Origin: Nageia nagi
Taxonomy: Eukaryota > Plantae > Pinophyta
DNA length: 64,000 nucleotides
Direction of reading: 5' to 3'
Assembly (NCBI GenBank): GCA_050084985.1
Contig: JBITNC010000001.1
Location: forward strand, 10,354,001-10,418,000
Below the pieces are notes generated by a model, which had not been told where the DNA came from, ran no database searches, and saw nothing but the letters and a program-made list of their open reading frames with translations. Positions within the stretch are counted from its first letter, which is position 1; every line of letters begins with the position of its first letter. This document shows positions 26,080 to 38,974 of the stretch, piece by piece. A program made the position numbers and the translations under genes.

Positions 26080-29000
26080 CCCTTCATTGCATTTTCATTC
26101 GAGGGGTCATTTTGGTTAGTTTTCAAAAGGAAAAATGTGTTTTTTCCCTAGGTGCATGCTTTTGTATGTCCCCAAAACGATGCGACTAAGGCCATAAACG
26201 TTCCCATACTTAGAAAATTTGTCAAAATTGTGAAGAAAAAGAGGGACATCCTTTTGCATGTTCCCTAAATGATGTGCTAAGGCTAGAGTGGAGGCTCAAT
26301 ACTTAGTCATTTTTTGAACAAATTGTAAAAGAGCCTGAGCGCATGTTTTGAGGGACATGCTTTTGCATGTCCCCTAAACGGTGCGCCTAGCTTCAAGGTG
26401 TGATAATCGGCTAAGTGTTGGACCTAGTCGTTGACAAGTGTGATCACATGCATTCATCCTTCATTTGCACCAATCATATAGTGACACTTGTCCAGCCCCG
26501 AGAAGGCTATAAAAGGAAGGTCAGCCTCAATATTCAGTTTGGATAGCCAAATTGGGAGCCCTGTGCCGAGTAAACTGGTGGAAGCATGCCCCCTAAAATG
26601 TGCGCCTTGTTATGGATTGGATTTTTCGAAGTCATTTTCATTATTTTTAGAATTCATTACATCGGGATGTGTGCCACAGTCCTACTCGCACCATTTCTAG
26701 TGTGTGCTTAGGCACTCACCCAAATTGGTGTGTCCATTCCTAGACATCCTGGCCTAGGAGCATTTTTGACTAAGTATAAGATTCGGGTAGAAGAGGGCCA
26801 GGCGCATGCTTTTAGGTGCATGCTTTTGCACCCATCTCAAAAGGTGCGACCATGATACATAGCTTTCAAGTATAATAGAAATTGACTAAGTCCTTTTTGT
26901 CCACCAAGGTTGATAGGCACATGTATTCCAGGACATGCTTTTCCACTCATCCAAAACCATGTGCCCATTATTTCGGCTCCACCATTTGACCTTATTATCA
27001 ACCAACTAGAGGGTGACACGTGGCAAGCTTGGAGATTATAAATACTAAGTCACCTCCTTAAGCATTTCACCACTTCATTTCAGTTTGCATTGAGCCCTCC
27101 AATCGCATCCTTTTAGGAACATGCTTGAGCACTCATCAAAATCGATGCGCCAAGGAGGAATAAGGGATCAAAGACATGCCTATGCTACCAATTAGCCATT
27201 TTTGACTAAGGCATCTCATTTTTTTCCTCTTCAGCTGAGCACGAAGGTTTGAGGTGCATGTTTTGCAGCACATGCTTTTTCACACATCCAAATCCATGTG
27301 CTCCAGTGTGAAGTGATGAGTTGACCCTCTTAGTATAAATTGTGGCCCTGAAATTGACTATGTGACCCAGGAACTCAGTTGCATGTTTTCCAAGCAATGA
27401 AAAAGCACACATCCAAATTCGTGCACCCTGGGATCAAGGACCAAAATTTGTTTAAGTGTGAGAAGCCGAAGCATCTAGCTTGGTACTTAGTCATTTCTGG
27501 GGTGTTCCCATCCATTTTTAGTCCTTTTTCTACACTTTTTTTTTTTTTCAGAATTCTAAGATGACTTCTAAATTGAGGCCACCCCCATCCAAGACCAAGA
27601 AAACCTATGGGCAATTGTTTGAGAGACATGCTACTAGAGATTAGATGACAAGGCTCTTGAGGGAGAGCCGAATAGAATTTTAAGAAAGAGAAAGACTAGA
27701 GCTCCTTAAAGCCAAATTCAAGGGGAGATACGTCTTCGTTGGAGACACAAACTGAGGAAATGTTGACCCCATCTAGACTATAGCTTCCACTACCTCCTTC
27801 AGCAAGGAGGATTTATCAGATGAACTCATCCACTCTTGTGGATTGTTCAATGCCACCATGATGCCTTTTGCAGTTCCATTTCCTAACTTATGCTATGAGG
27901 TAGCCAAGCGATGCATATTTGACAAGAGAGTCCTTCTGGACACGAAACATGGACTGCTCCCCGAAGGGATTGAAGCTGCCTTTGGCTGGAAAAGATACGG
28001 GGATGACTACACACTAGCCAATTTAGAGGAGTTCCATGATTCTTCTACCTAGCCTGGGGATTACATCATAACATGGTTGTATGAGGACTACCAGAACATC
28101 CAGGGCCAAAGATTGATCAACGCCTATAGGGAGGAATTCCTACCGACAATGGCTAAGTTGATCACTTTGCTGTCCAAGGTCACGGGTTAGGAGAATGACT
28201 CCAAGTATATGAAAGAGTTCACTAGATTTATTACAGTGATCAGCTCGGGGAGAGCTATCAGATGGAGCAAGGTAATCAGTGATGCCTTGCGCCACCAGCT
28301 GGTTTACTTTGGTTTTCTAGAAGATTTTACATGAACTATCTTGTGTACCTGTTGTTGCACGACAAGCAGATCAAGAGGTTGCAAATGAAAGGTATTTGGG
28401 TTAGAAAGACATTCTAGTGTGGTGGGTTTACCCAAAGCGGTGGTATCACAATAAGTTTCAACATTTCTATGAGAGGAACGACCAGTGGGAGTACTCCATC
28501 TACAAAGACACAAAAGGGGAATCGGTGGTCAAGAGGATTTCTGATGCTGCTATTCAGGCCATTAGTGTACATGCATATTTCTATCTACAGTATGCTGATC
28601 ATACTTATATTAGAGTCTATGGTTCTGAAGAGCAACCCCTGCACTTGTCCAGTTATGTCAGTGACATACTCATTCTCATGGAATTTGCGAGACAGTTGTT
28701 TTTGAAGGAACGAGTATGGAGAAAAAAGGATGCAACTATTAACTTGCCCATCTCAATTGCTAGTTGTGTTTGCCAGACATGGGTTGAGGCCAATAGTATG
28801 AAGGAGCTGCAACAGTACGTCTTCTTCAAGGAGATGGCAGCTAGGAATTATGATCCTAGAGTTGTGATTTGCTCATTTCTACTGTATGCATTCACGAAAC
28901 TAGTCGTTTATCAGTATAAATCTTAGGGAATATGGAGAAGCATCGAAATGTTCAGAATGAAGAGGAGATAGCAAGGATAGATGCTCTTATGAGAAGAAAT

Positions 29001-32000
29001 AAGCTCCCCTCCAAGAAGAAAGGCCACCTCAGAGACCCAAAACCATTAAGGCAAGATCCAAAGAGGTCCGACGAAGGATCAAAACGTCTCCTCCTTCTGC
29101 AAGTGTTGCGCCTCCACAGGGAAGAACGTCCTTGCTTCCTGTTGGGAAGAGATAAGGAGCTTCAAGGGAGCACACCTCAAGCCCTAGCAAACATAGTGTG
29201 GTGATGGTTGACCTGAGAGATGTTGGCTATCGCACTGTCCCCTTGGACATGTTGGAGGAGGCATGTGTCGATGATTCACCCATCGAAGAAATTCCTTCCA
29301 ACCCACTTATCCTCCTGGATGTGGGGAGAAAGTTCCCTTGTTGCAGCCAAGTTCCAGTTCTTTCGAACATTCCACTTCTTTCGATGAAGAAAATGATGAG
29401 GAACCCGACCGTATAGTAGAAGGCTCCGAGGAAGAGACAGAGAGCCAGAGAAGTGATGAGCAGAGCCGCAGTGAAGAGGAAGAAGAAGAAGATGATGATG
29501 ATGCTACTGATGAGCAGTACCCCGAGCAAGACAACGTAGGTACAGGTCTTCTACACCTGATGAAATGGAGATTGAAAATCTCCTTGATGATGATGGGATT
29601 GTGGACATTGGGATCTATGATGATGAGGTCCAAATTGTCAGAGTGAAGTGCGCCAAAGAGGTGGGTGCCACCAAGTCCTCTCCTGCCAACCACAGGAAGA
29701 GGTTGCCCTCGTCTTCCTAGAAACCCTATGTGAAGAGGACTAGCCATGAGAGATCCCCTCAACCATGGAGCAAAGGTATATCAATTGGTGGCAATGGCGG
29801 AGATGAAGAAGATGACGAGGAGACTGAAGAGCAGAAGAAGAAGAGAAAGCAGGACAAAAACTAGGGTAAGGAAGTTGCCCTTGTCCAGACCACTCCTACC
29901 AAAGAGGTCAAGAAGATTAATAGAGGCTGATTGCTGGGAAAAAGGCTTCTTCCCCATCCAACAACCGAACATACAGACCTTGACCTAGATGCCTTCCTTA
30001 GAGCCCTCAACATGAGTACAACTCATGATGAGGAGATGGATTAGGACTTGAGATCTGAGAATGAAGAAGAGGAGCTCTTCGATGGTGAGAAGGTTAGAAG
30101 GGTTGATACATTTGTCTCCACCACCCGGAAAGAGATCTCCATTAGTCATTGCTATTCGAAGGAGAAACATCCTTAGAGGCCTAAGGATTGCGTGATTTAG
30201 ACGTTCAAGATTCCCGTGAAATTGTGACTGATAGCCCGCAAACACATAGTGACCCAAAATGCTGTAGTCATGGAACAAGAAGGCTATGAAGTGAAAAAGG
30301 AGGTGAAGAGGTTGAAGAAGGAACTCATGGCCAACAGGAAGATCATCAAGGAGTTCCAGACTATCAGCAACACTCCTGTCGATCTGAAGAAGCAAGCCTC
30401 GTTCCATGAAGGATGGGAGCTGATGAAGGACCAACTAAAGAGGGAGATGATGGAAACTATCGAGAAGTTGTCTTCTCAAATATACAACCTCCTTGAGGAA
30501 GGTGTTGAAATCCTAGAGCTCAAGTCCCAAATCTCAGCACACATTGAGAAGTTGGATGGTTACCTCCCTAATGTTACCCATTTGCAACAAATTTTTGCTG
30601 ACAAGCCCGAGAAGTTGGTCTATTGCCACGAGTTCATGTATCAACATGACTGGCTGAAGCATGCACTTGAGAAATGCAATGTTGTTTTGAAGGTGAGAAT
30701 CCGTTTGAGGAAGGAAGTTGAGGAGCATATGAGCAGATACTTGTACTAGCTTAGATTCCAGGGGAGGATAACAACATGTGGAAAAAGGAGGCAGTGTTGG
30801 CAGAGGCCTAGAATTTGATCCAGGAGCATCTAGACGTCGATGACCTTAGTTTGTTGAGAGCATTGCATCCCATCGTCCATGAGAGACAAATGGTCATCTG
30901 GAGATATTAGATGCAAGCTACATCTAGGAAGATTGGGGAGTATTTTTGGCAGAACGGTAGCATCGTTAGCATGATCTCCAGGGTAGTGCAGAAAACCGTG
31001 GCATTCTTGGAGGAGACCATTGAGTCGTACAGTCTCACCAACGAGGAGTGGAACTCCGCCTGTATTGGGTCAGAATTGGCCTAGGTTTGATCCACTTGCA
31101 GATTCTTTCTGCGTTAATCTTTCTTTTGTTTAATGCATATTTAATGGTGCTTGTTGTGGTCTTGCTCCCGCCAGATTAGATTTGTCAGACTTATTAATGG
31201 TTCTGACTAGTGTAGGGATGAGGTTTTGCTCCCGTCGGTTCAGAATCTAGATATTTATTGCATATCTGATTTTCTTTTGCATAGGTTAGAGATAGATTAA
31301 ATGCAGTTAGGTTGTGGCATTTATATTTTGTTAGCTTTTAAGTGCCACTTGCATCGTTTTTTGTGAACAATCAGATTTTGTATCGGTATGTGTGTTGCAT
31401 GTGTACGCACCATATCAAATTTGATGCCTTTAGGGCAACACTTTTAGTGGCCTATTTATACCCCATTAGGGCCATTTAGAAGGGGATTTTTGCATTTTTG
31501 GGATGCAAAGAACAAGATTTTGCATATGTGAGAAATTTTGAGACTATTGCACCTGCTGCAATTGAGGATTTTTGCAGTTCTAGATGCATGTAACAAGATA
31601 TGTTTGATTGTTGCATATGTAAGATTTTGCATTTGTAAGAATTGGAGGATTTTTGCATTTGCAAAGCTGAAGAATATAACATATGTGCCATTTCCGCATA
31701 CTATTGTCTATTTGTGAAGATCTTGCATATATGTGAATTTGCATCTGAAAGATTTCAGCATTCCACTGCATGGAAGTTCGCTGGATAAGGGGTTCTATGC
31801 ATGTTATGATTGCTTATTGTTACATCTCTGCTATACTTTGAATATTATGTTGAGGATACGACAATCAAGTAAGGAATGTTCTTGCTCTTCTTATTGAACA
31901 TCATTATGAATTGATTTCTTTCTGGAATAAGGTTATAAAGTAAATACTATGGAGATTATCATTTGTGGGATCATGCATATTACTCTGGTGTTTGAATAGT

Positions 32001-32714
32001 TTCCCTCTTAAAAGTGCATATTGAATATTTGTGGAAGTGGTTTAAACTGTTCATTGCATGGTTTGCACGCAAGTGAATGTATTCTAGGGCATATAGCTTG
32101 TTTCTATGTCATTCGGTTAGATCTGTGTATTCATGCCCTTTATTTACACCCATTCCATTGAGTCTTCCACCAAGACCCTACAGCTTCCTGCTCTTGTCAG
32201 GTAGCGATTTGAGCGCATATTGCTATTTACTGCTCGACTTGATTAGTGAATACACTTTTCTTAATGAATCTGGAGATGACCTGCCGAGACATTGTATCAC
32301 TGGTGATATTTTCATAAGTTCATTATTCATATTCCTGTGCATTTATCCTTGCATTTGTGATCTTTCTTCGCTTTCGTTCACATTTGCAGTCTTTCCTCAT
32401 TGTGGAAAATGAAATTTGATGGTATATTTCCCTTGTATATGTTTAACAACATGCATCTCTGACCACTGTGCCCTAGACCATATTCCATGTGAGCGCTTGG
32501 GGTAACTAGTCCTTTCAGGCGGAAACAAGTAATGTTGTTTCCTCCAAGTCTTGTGCATGTTTTGGGCGAGGAAAGAAAAACATACCAACATAATGGTTGT
32601 TGAATGTTTATATTTTTTGGAAAGAGCATTTGCTCCATGATTTTCTTTTCCTTTTTTATATTGAATCTCTTAGTCACCCCCTTGGTTTGTTCCGAAGTGA
32701 AAGATTTTCCAATA
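26080..32714 (+). mobile_element. 3' part of an LTR element: repeat-rich spacer, accessory ORF and probable LTR, with no gag-pol
   Basis: GCATGCTTTT and TTGACTAAG subrepeats at 26150-27500. Decayed accessory ORF. Ends TTCCAATA at 32714, where the host gypsy RH resumes. Left end is approximate. Confidence 0.6.
27628..31115 (+). pseudogene. Decayed retrotransposon accessory ORF (globular domain, acidic linker, coiled coil), homologous to 61936-63576
   Basis: IRWSKVISDALRHQL (~28258) and TYIRVYG...MEFARQ (28600-28695). Poly-E/D tract at 29380-29520. Helical C-terminus at 30249-30749. Many stops and frameshifts. Confidence 0.75.
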
Positions 32715-33465
32715 AATATTTAAGGCTGTTATTGTCTATCTTGATTTTAGAGGGTCTTCCTATCAATTAAGGTTTCCACTTTTCAATTACATGCAATATT
32801 GCCAACATCTCTCATATGTTGACTACCCATTTTTTCCCTAAACGTTTCTTACTCCTAAATACTAGAGGATGGCCTTCTTGCATCAGCATTGCATCTATTC
32901 TCATTCTTGAAGCGTGACATTCGTCAACAAATGATTTACTGAATCTAATATTGCTAATACTGGAGTTGAACACATGGCTTCTTTTAGGGTTTTGAATACT
33001 TTAGTGGCTATTTCTGTCCATATAAAGTCATCTTTTTTGTAAGTGTTATAATTTTGCCACAATATCCGACAAACTTTATGTAGTTTTTGGAAGTGGCCAT
33101 TCTTTCATTGTGTTGATCTTCTTGGGATCCACCTTCACATATTCCCTTGTTGCAATATGATGCAAATACTCTACGTCTGCTATTGCAAAATAACATCTAG
33201 ATATTTTAATAACATGTACTTTTTTCGAAATTTGTAGAACTTTTTTCAAGTTGAAAATGTAGTTGAAAATGTTCATTCCAAGTTTTATTGTAAATCGATA
33301 TTCATCAAAATACCAAAACAAATTTCATTAATAACGGCCTTAAATGCACATTGGTTGTCAATTTACTTTCATTGAATTGGGATGGTTTGTACCTTTTTTT
33401 TTCATTTGTTGTGTTGTTCTAACATCATTTTCTGATTTGCGTATGAGTTCAATTATTGTTTATGC

Positions 33466-35519
33466 TGATGTTAAATTAACTAGTTGAGACAAAGTAAGTT
33501 CCTAGTGCTCATGTGATGGAAAGTTCATGCAAAAGGATTTTCCAAATTAAGCAAAGAAAAACCATCAAGAGAATTGAAAACTGGATAATGTTGCTTGTGA
33601 AATTTTCAAGTATTCAAGCAAGAAGGTGTTGTGTCCGCACAACACATCCTAAAATACAAGATTTTGGGGACCCAATTTTTTGCAAATCTAGCACCCGTTT
33701 TTTGAGCAAGGCAGTGAAGGGAGTCAACTTGGATGACAAAGATTGATCATAATGTTATGAAAGAACTAATACTACTAAAGATGATGCATAAATACTATTC
33801 ACGGGATTCTGCGAGACAATTCAGTGTGCTAGACTATCAATTTTGGAGCTTTCAAAATTCAGAACTCTAGAGAATGGTGTTTCTAAGCGGTGGAACTTCT
33901 TGAAAATGGTCAAGGGATGAAGAGAAGCACTTAATAAGGATATAAGATGAAATTTCATTGTAAATTCAAGGCTTTATAGTATGAGATTGTAGACAATTCA
34001 AAATGAGGCATATTTCGGCTTGGAACTTTGTAAAAAGGATTGAAGATGCTCCATAGAGGACTAAAATCAGTTTTATGGTCTTAGTGGCTTTAAGGAGAGT
34101 TGGATTGTGCCTACAAAGAAAAGTTGAAGCTTTATGCAAAATGTAAAGTTATCTCCCACCTAGGCGCACATTTTCTATCTTTGCCATAGCTAGCATGCAA
34201 AAACATCCATCTTGAGAAGAGAAAACCTTATCTAGGATGCAAACAAATCATTTTGGCATTTTTTCAAAAGTGAAATTTGAAGTCATGGGCATGTGCATAA
34301 TGCAATTTCAAATGTGTTGGCCAAAGGAAAATTTAAAATACCTAATTTGCTACCCTCTTCCACCTAGGCACACATTTTCTAGCTTTACTTATTTTGCCAA
34401 GGAGTGAAAAACCCTATTGCCTAGTGTGAAAAGGGTCCTTTTGATCATTTTTCAAAATCAAAATTTAAAGGCATGAGAGGATGAAGCATCAAAGCACTAT
34501 AACATTGGCCTTGGAAACTTTCAAAAAAGAGCAAAATTGTGCAAAGGGTGCCTAGGCACACATTTTCGAGCTCTACTCCCTTTTGGTGCATTTTCTAAAA
34601 GCAAAACCTTCACCAAATATGGAAATGGCCCTATGAAGCACCCAAAATGCCTCCTCAAGAAGGAAAAAAGCAAATCCAACGTCTATGAGGTGTAAGAAGA
34701 GTCCAAAGCCTTACAAGTACAAGCCAAACCCTTCATTTGCACCATAAACCTCTCATATTGCTCTCCAAGCATGCATTTTACAAGCCAAAACCCATTAAAC
34801 AAGCAAAAATGGCTGCCCATGCTCAAAACATGTTTTGAAGATCCAAATTCTCTAAAAACTTGGCAAATGCCTTCTTGATTTATCCCCCCCCAACCCATCC
34901 ATGTCCTCAAAATCACACTTTAAAATTTTTCCAAAATTATCACCCTCCATTTTCCAAAAAAATAGACCAAAAAATTGGTGAATGAACCTAGAACGATGAT
35001 TTGAAGCTCTAAATTTTGCCAAATTGATTCAAAATGCCTCATGATCCGCTAAATTAGTGGGACGAGTGTTTTTCTCCCACTAAATGAAATTGTATTCTCA
35101 ATCTAGCATTCAATTAGCATCTAATTTTTGCAAAATTAGAAATTAGGATTTTAAGAAAAAGTTTATAAATAGACCCTATGGGTCTCATTTGCTCAATAGC
35201 TCAATTAATTGAGAGAAGAAACTTTTGTAAACTAAGAGCACACTTGTAAATTTTTGCACTTCTTTTACAATCAATACAAAGTGGTTGTATTAAAGATTAA
35301 GATTGATCATACATTTTTGGTGTTGTGAATTGAATCTTGAAGGGCTTTCTTAATTGGTTTGTACACTTTTGCATCCTTCCTTTGAAAACTTATGAGTTTT
35401 AGGGAATGTACCATTGCATTACTTTACAAAGTGTTTGAAACTAACCTTTGATAGTTTCTTAATTCATAACATGCAATTAGGTAAAGTATTCTGAATTTGT
35501 TTCCATTTTCATGACATCA
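33466..35519 (+). repeat. Probable ~2-kb solo LTR
   Basis: TGATGT...ACATCA inverted termini, TATAAATAG at ~35164 and internal CCTAGGCACACATTTT repeats. TSD does not match. Confidence 0.6.
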
Positions 35520-37399
35520 AACTAGGATTTTCCATCCAAACTCTAAGTTCTTCCCATTTGTTCTTCCAATGCATCCATTTGATTGATTTGGTTTATTCAC
35601 ATGAGTACCAACAATCAACCTTGCTTCAACCTCCGCTTTAGAACAACTCGAACAACAGCTTTTTGTTTGCAAAGTTGGATGACTTGGATGAAAACTTTTT
35701 TAACTGATATGAAAGGGATGAACTCTTTAGACAATGCTTGGCTGTGTTAATCAACTTGTTATCCGATCAAGTATTTTGTTTTTTCTCGAAGTACAGTTTC
35801 TTCATTTTTTGTATTGCCGTTATGCTTAAAAAAAATCAAATACAACTTCTAAATTCATACACAAGTTACGAACAAACTTTATATATAATATGTTGGTTAG
35901 CAGTTGCTTTCTCTAAAACACTCCACACGAGCTGATATCTTGAAGAGAAAGACTTCAAAAGTAAGAAAGACTTGCATCACATTCCTTTGATTGTGTTGCA
36001 GATTTTGCAGAAACTTTGAGGTAATCAGTTCTTACAAGCCAGAAATAAGTAACATGTCTCCACCTAAGATGCTGGGCAGTTTCCACCTCTGGTGATTCAG
36101 AGTTACCAGGGTAACAAAATCCTTCCCAACAGAAGGGTCAAGGCTCAAAAGGATTAAAAATAAGAGTGCTTTGCAAACATGTTTCTGTCAGCATTTCTAA
36201 TTTTTTTGTTTCAGAAATGGAGAAATTTAAGGGTCGTATGCATTACTTGCAACATAGTATTTCCACCAAGAGGTACACAGAAGATATATAAACAGAAGAG
36301 GCATGTGAGAATATATTAAGGGCCATGACATATTTTCTTTTAATTGCATACTTCGACTCTTACATGCGGCAATTTTTTGCTTGTCATATTAAACTACTCT
36401 TGTCCATTATATTTGCAACATCAAAATTGCGTACCTCTTATCTAAATTTTATTTGGCTTAGATTTCGTAATTCTTCCTGTCATCTTCTCAAAACATTCAA
36501 TATTCTAGATTTGGCAACCTCATTGGTATTCTTTTATGTTATTTGATCTTACATAAGCAACCTTTGTCTTTATATGTGCTGGCTGACAATTGTATGTTCC
36601 TTTTATTTGTTGTTGTATTACTGTTGTTCCTTTTTGCATTCAGACATTGCCGAAATTGAAGTTGTGATTGAATTTGATGTTGGATGCTTCTAAGATCATA
36701 AAGTATGCAAGAAATCTCTGTAAAGCTATTCAAATTGGTGCAATTTGGTTTACAGGAAATCATTGATGACATATAGCTTAAAGTTTTGGAGAGTTAAGTT
36801 GACAGCGTTTTCTACCTTGATTTTGCCATAATCCTTTATTGTCATTCTTAATTCATAAAATGATAAAAGTAAATAGATTGTTTTCAATTTCATATCAATA
36901 TCAATAAGGAAAGTAAAAACAATTAAGAGATAATTTGTATGAGATCGTTGGTCTTTGGCAAGTTGTATGTTAAGGTGATCTAATTAAATCTTGAAATTAA
37001 TACATCAATTTAAAGAAATATGTAATAAGATTAATTTTCCAAGTTTTTGGGTGAAAAAAACTTTTTATTAAATTCAAATCCTTTTCATACAAAAAAAGGT
37101 TGAGTTGGATTGAGCGCACCTTGTGTATGACACCAACATTAAAGCCACACTACCATGATGTTAGGAGATACAAAAAACAAATTCCCAAAACCACCAAATT
37201 GTTAGAACGTCTAGAACTCCCAAAGCAAAAGAAATCACTTTTTAAAAAGCATGGCTCGATCAAGACGTTTAAGAACTCTATCATCATTAGCTTGGAAACT
37301 GGACTAAGTATACCATTGAGCTTCAGGAAATTCCTCAGGAGAAAAACCAAAATTAGGATCAAACAAGCTAAGTTTATTCTTCATAAAAAATAGGCTTCC

Positions 37400-37895
37400 C
37401 TCCTAAGTTCCATCGCATGGGAGTTTGACTTTTCTTGTCTGAAGGCTTCTCCACCATATTAAAATCACCGTACAAAACCCAAGTGGCCAAAGGTAGGGAA
37501 AAGGCAAGTCACCTCCACAAATCCCTTCTGTTAATGGCATCAGTGGATGCATACAAATTAATAGTTCCTAATGGTTTCCCAAGAATCTCGAGCAACACCT
37601 AGACAACTCGATTAGAAGGGTCAACACTTCAAGACACAATATTGAAATGCCACTTTGGGGAAATGAAAGTGACAACTCCTCCCCTCTTGAGAAAATGATT
37701 AGTGAAGAAAATGGGACCTTTTAACCAAAGAAATGTACAGGTGCATTGTAGAATGAAGTCAACAATTTTAAACTTTTGCAAACAAACAAAATCCACTTGT
37801 CCATATAAGTGAGTGATATCACAAAGCTCACTCTGGACTGTGTATTTATGGGTTGGGCCCGTCAACCCTCTTACATTCCATGAAAAGAAAATCAT
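37400..37895 (-). pseudogene. LINE ORF2 endonuclease fragment
   Basis: MIFFSWNVRGL, DFVCLQ, NLYAS and WVLYGDFNM motifs, with in-frame stops. Confidence 0.85.
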
Positions 37896-38974
37896 TGAGA
37901 ATTGTCATGAGTCTGGATATCCACGACATCCTTAGAGTCCCTCAAATTGTGCATGGCTCCGAATGAATTAGTATCACTTTTCATACGACCTGGTTGACTA
38001 CGAGGATCATCCATTTGCCTTCTTTTGTCAACAGGGCCATCCTGAGCTCTCCTTAACGTGCTATGAGAATGATAGGGTCTAAAACCTAAGTTGACCTCTG
38101 TGCCATGCACAGGGGGTCGCGCAATCACAACTGAAATAAAAGAGGTACTAGACCAAGTGGAATGCACAAACGGTTTCGATGAAGCCATAGGGGCACGATT
38201 AACAACCAAGAGCAGTTGAATAACCGGATTGACCTGAGGTAGTTGCATGTTAGAATAACTAACCGGACCAGGTTGCTGAGGAGCAAGAACTGTTTCTTGT
38301 TGCATAGGTTGTCGATTACGACAATTGGAAATGATGGTCCATTCTTCCTTGCCACCCCTACTAGTAGTTGCTAGAGTTGAAGATGAATGAGGGGTCAAGA
38401 AGGGCTTCTTTTTGAACCTATCCATCATGAGCATGCAATTCCAAATCTTATGATCAGAAGAAGATTGAAAACGGTAGCAAGTATTTGGGAGTCCAATAAA
38501 GGCTACCCTTTGGGGCAAAGCCTCTTCACCAATATTGATGTCATTAAACTTAGGAAGGTCTTGAGTAAGTTCCACTTTCACACAAAATTTCTTGTTGGGC
38601 TGAGTTGAGAAAAACCTTTCAGGTTTGAAACACATAAAATTTCGAAGGCAATTAACAAAGGCGTGCAAATATTTCCACAGGGGAATCAGAAGATAGGGAA
38701 ACTCAACCGAGTTCGGGACTTCAATAGCAACTTCATTCTCTACAGTAAATCCTGAACTATAATGTTGCTGGACTAAAAGAGAATTACGGACCATCAAAGG
38801 TCTTTTGATAATCACCTTCTGTGCATGTGTAGGGTTAGAGAAACGAAATAAGAAATACCTTTTAGTGAGATTTTGGATATTTTCAACCTTAATGCCATAC
38901 AGACTCCAGAGTTGGCTAACCCAGGTAAGCAACAAGGTATCATTGGGGATTCTACTAAGAAAATAACCCACCAA
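37892..38974 (-). CDS. LINE ORF1 (DUF4283-like, degenerate zinc knuckle); the 5' part (to ~39102) is in another frame
   Basis: 360-codon open frame containing KRYFLFRF, VKVELTQDLP and LPNTCYRF..DHKIWNC. Confidence 0.75.
   Translation of the reverse strand: MVGYFLSRIPNDTLLLTWVSQLWSLYGIKVENIQNLTKRYFLFRFSNPTHAQKVIIKRPLMVRNSLLVQQHYSSGFTVENEVAIEVPNSVEFPYLLIPLWKYLHAFVNCLRNFMCFKPERFFSTQPNKKFCVKVELTQDLPKFNDINIGEEALPQRVAFIGLPNTCYRFQSSSDHKIWNCMLMMDRFKKKPFLTPHSSSTLATTSRGGKEEWTIISNCRNRQPMQQETVLAPQQPGPVSYSNMQLPQVNPVIQLLLVVNRAPMASSKPFVHSTWSSTSFISVVIARPPVHGTEVNLGFRPYHSHSTLRRAQDGPVDKRRQMDDPRSQPGRMKSDTNSFGAMHNLRDSKDVVDIQTHDNSQ

Larger units (their letters stand above)
23340..35700 (-). mobile_element. Old fragmented Ty3/gypsy element hosting nested insertions
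   Basis: Integrase pieces at 23400-23930 (KLDPRFYGP, QWVKWLP) and 25550-26070. RH and RT at 32715-33330 (VEYLHHI..VKVDPKKI..WPLPK). Confidence 0.72.

Noticed and set aside
35900-37030. Intronic RNase MRP RNA or snoRNA
   Set aside because: No GAAAGTCCCC-type P4 motif and no convincing paired C/D boxes were seen by eye. An Infernal/Rfam scan would be decisive.
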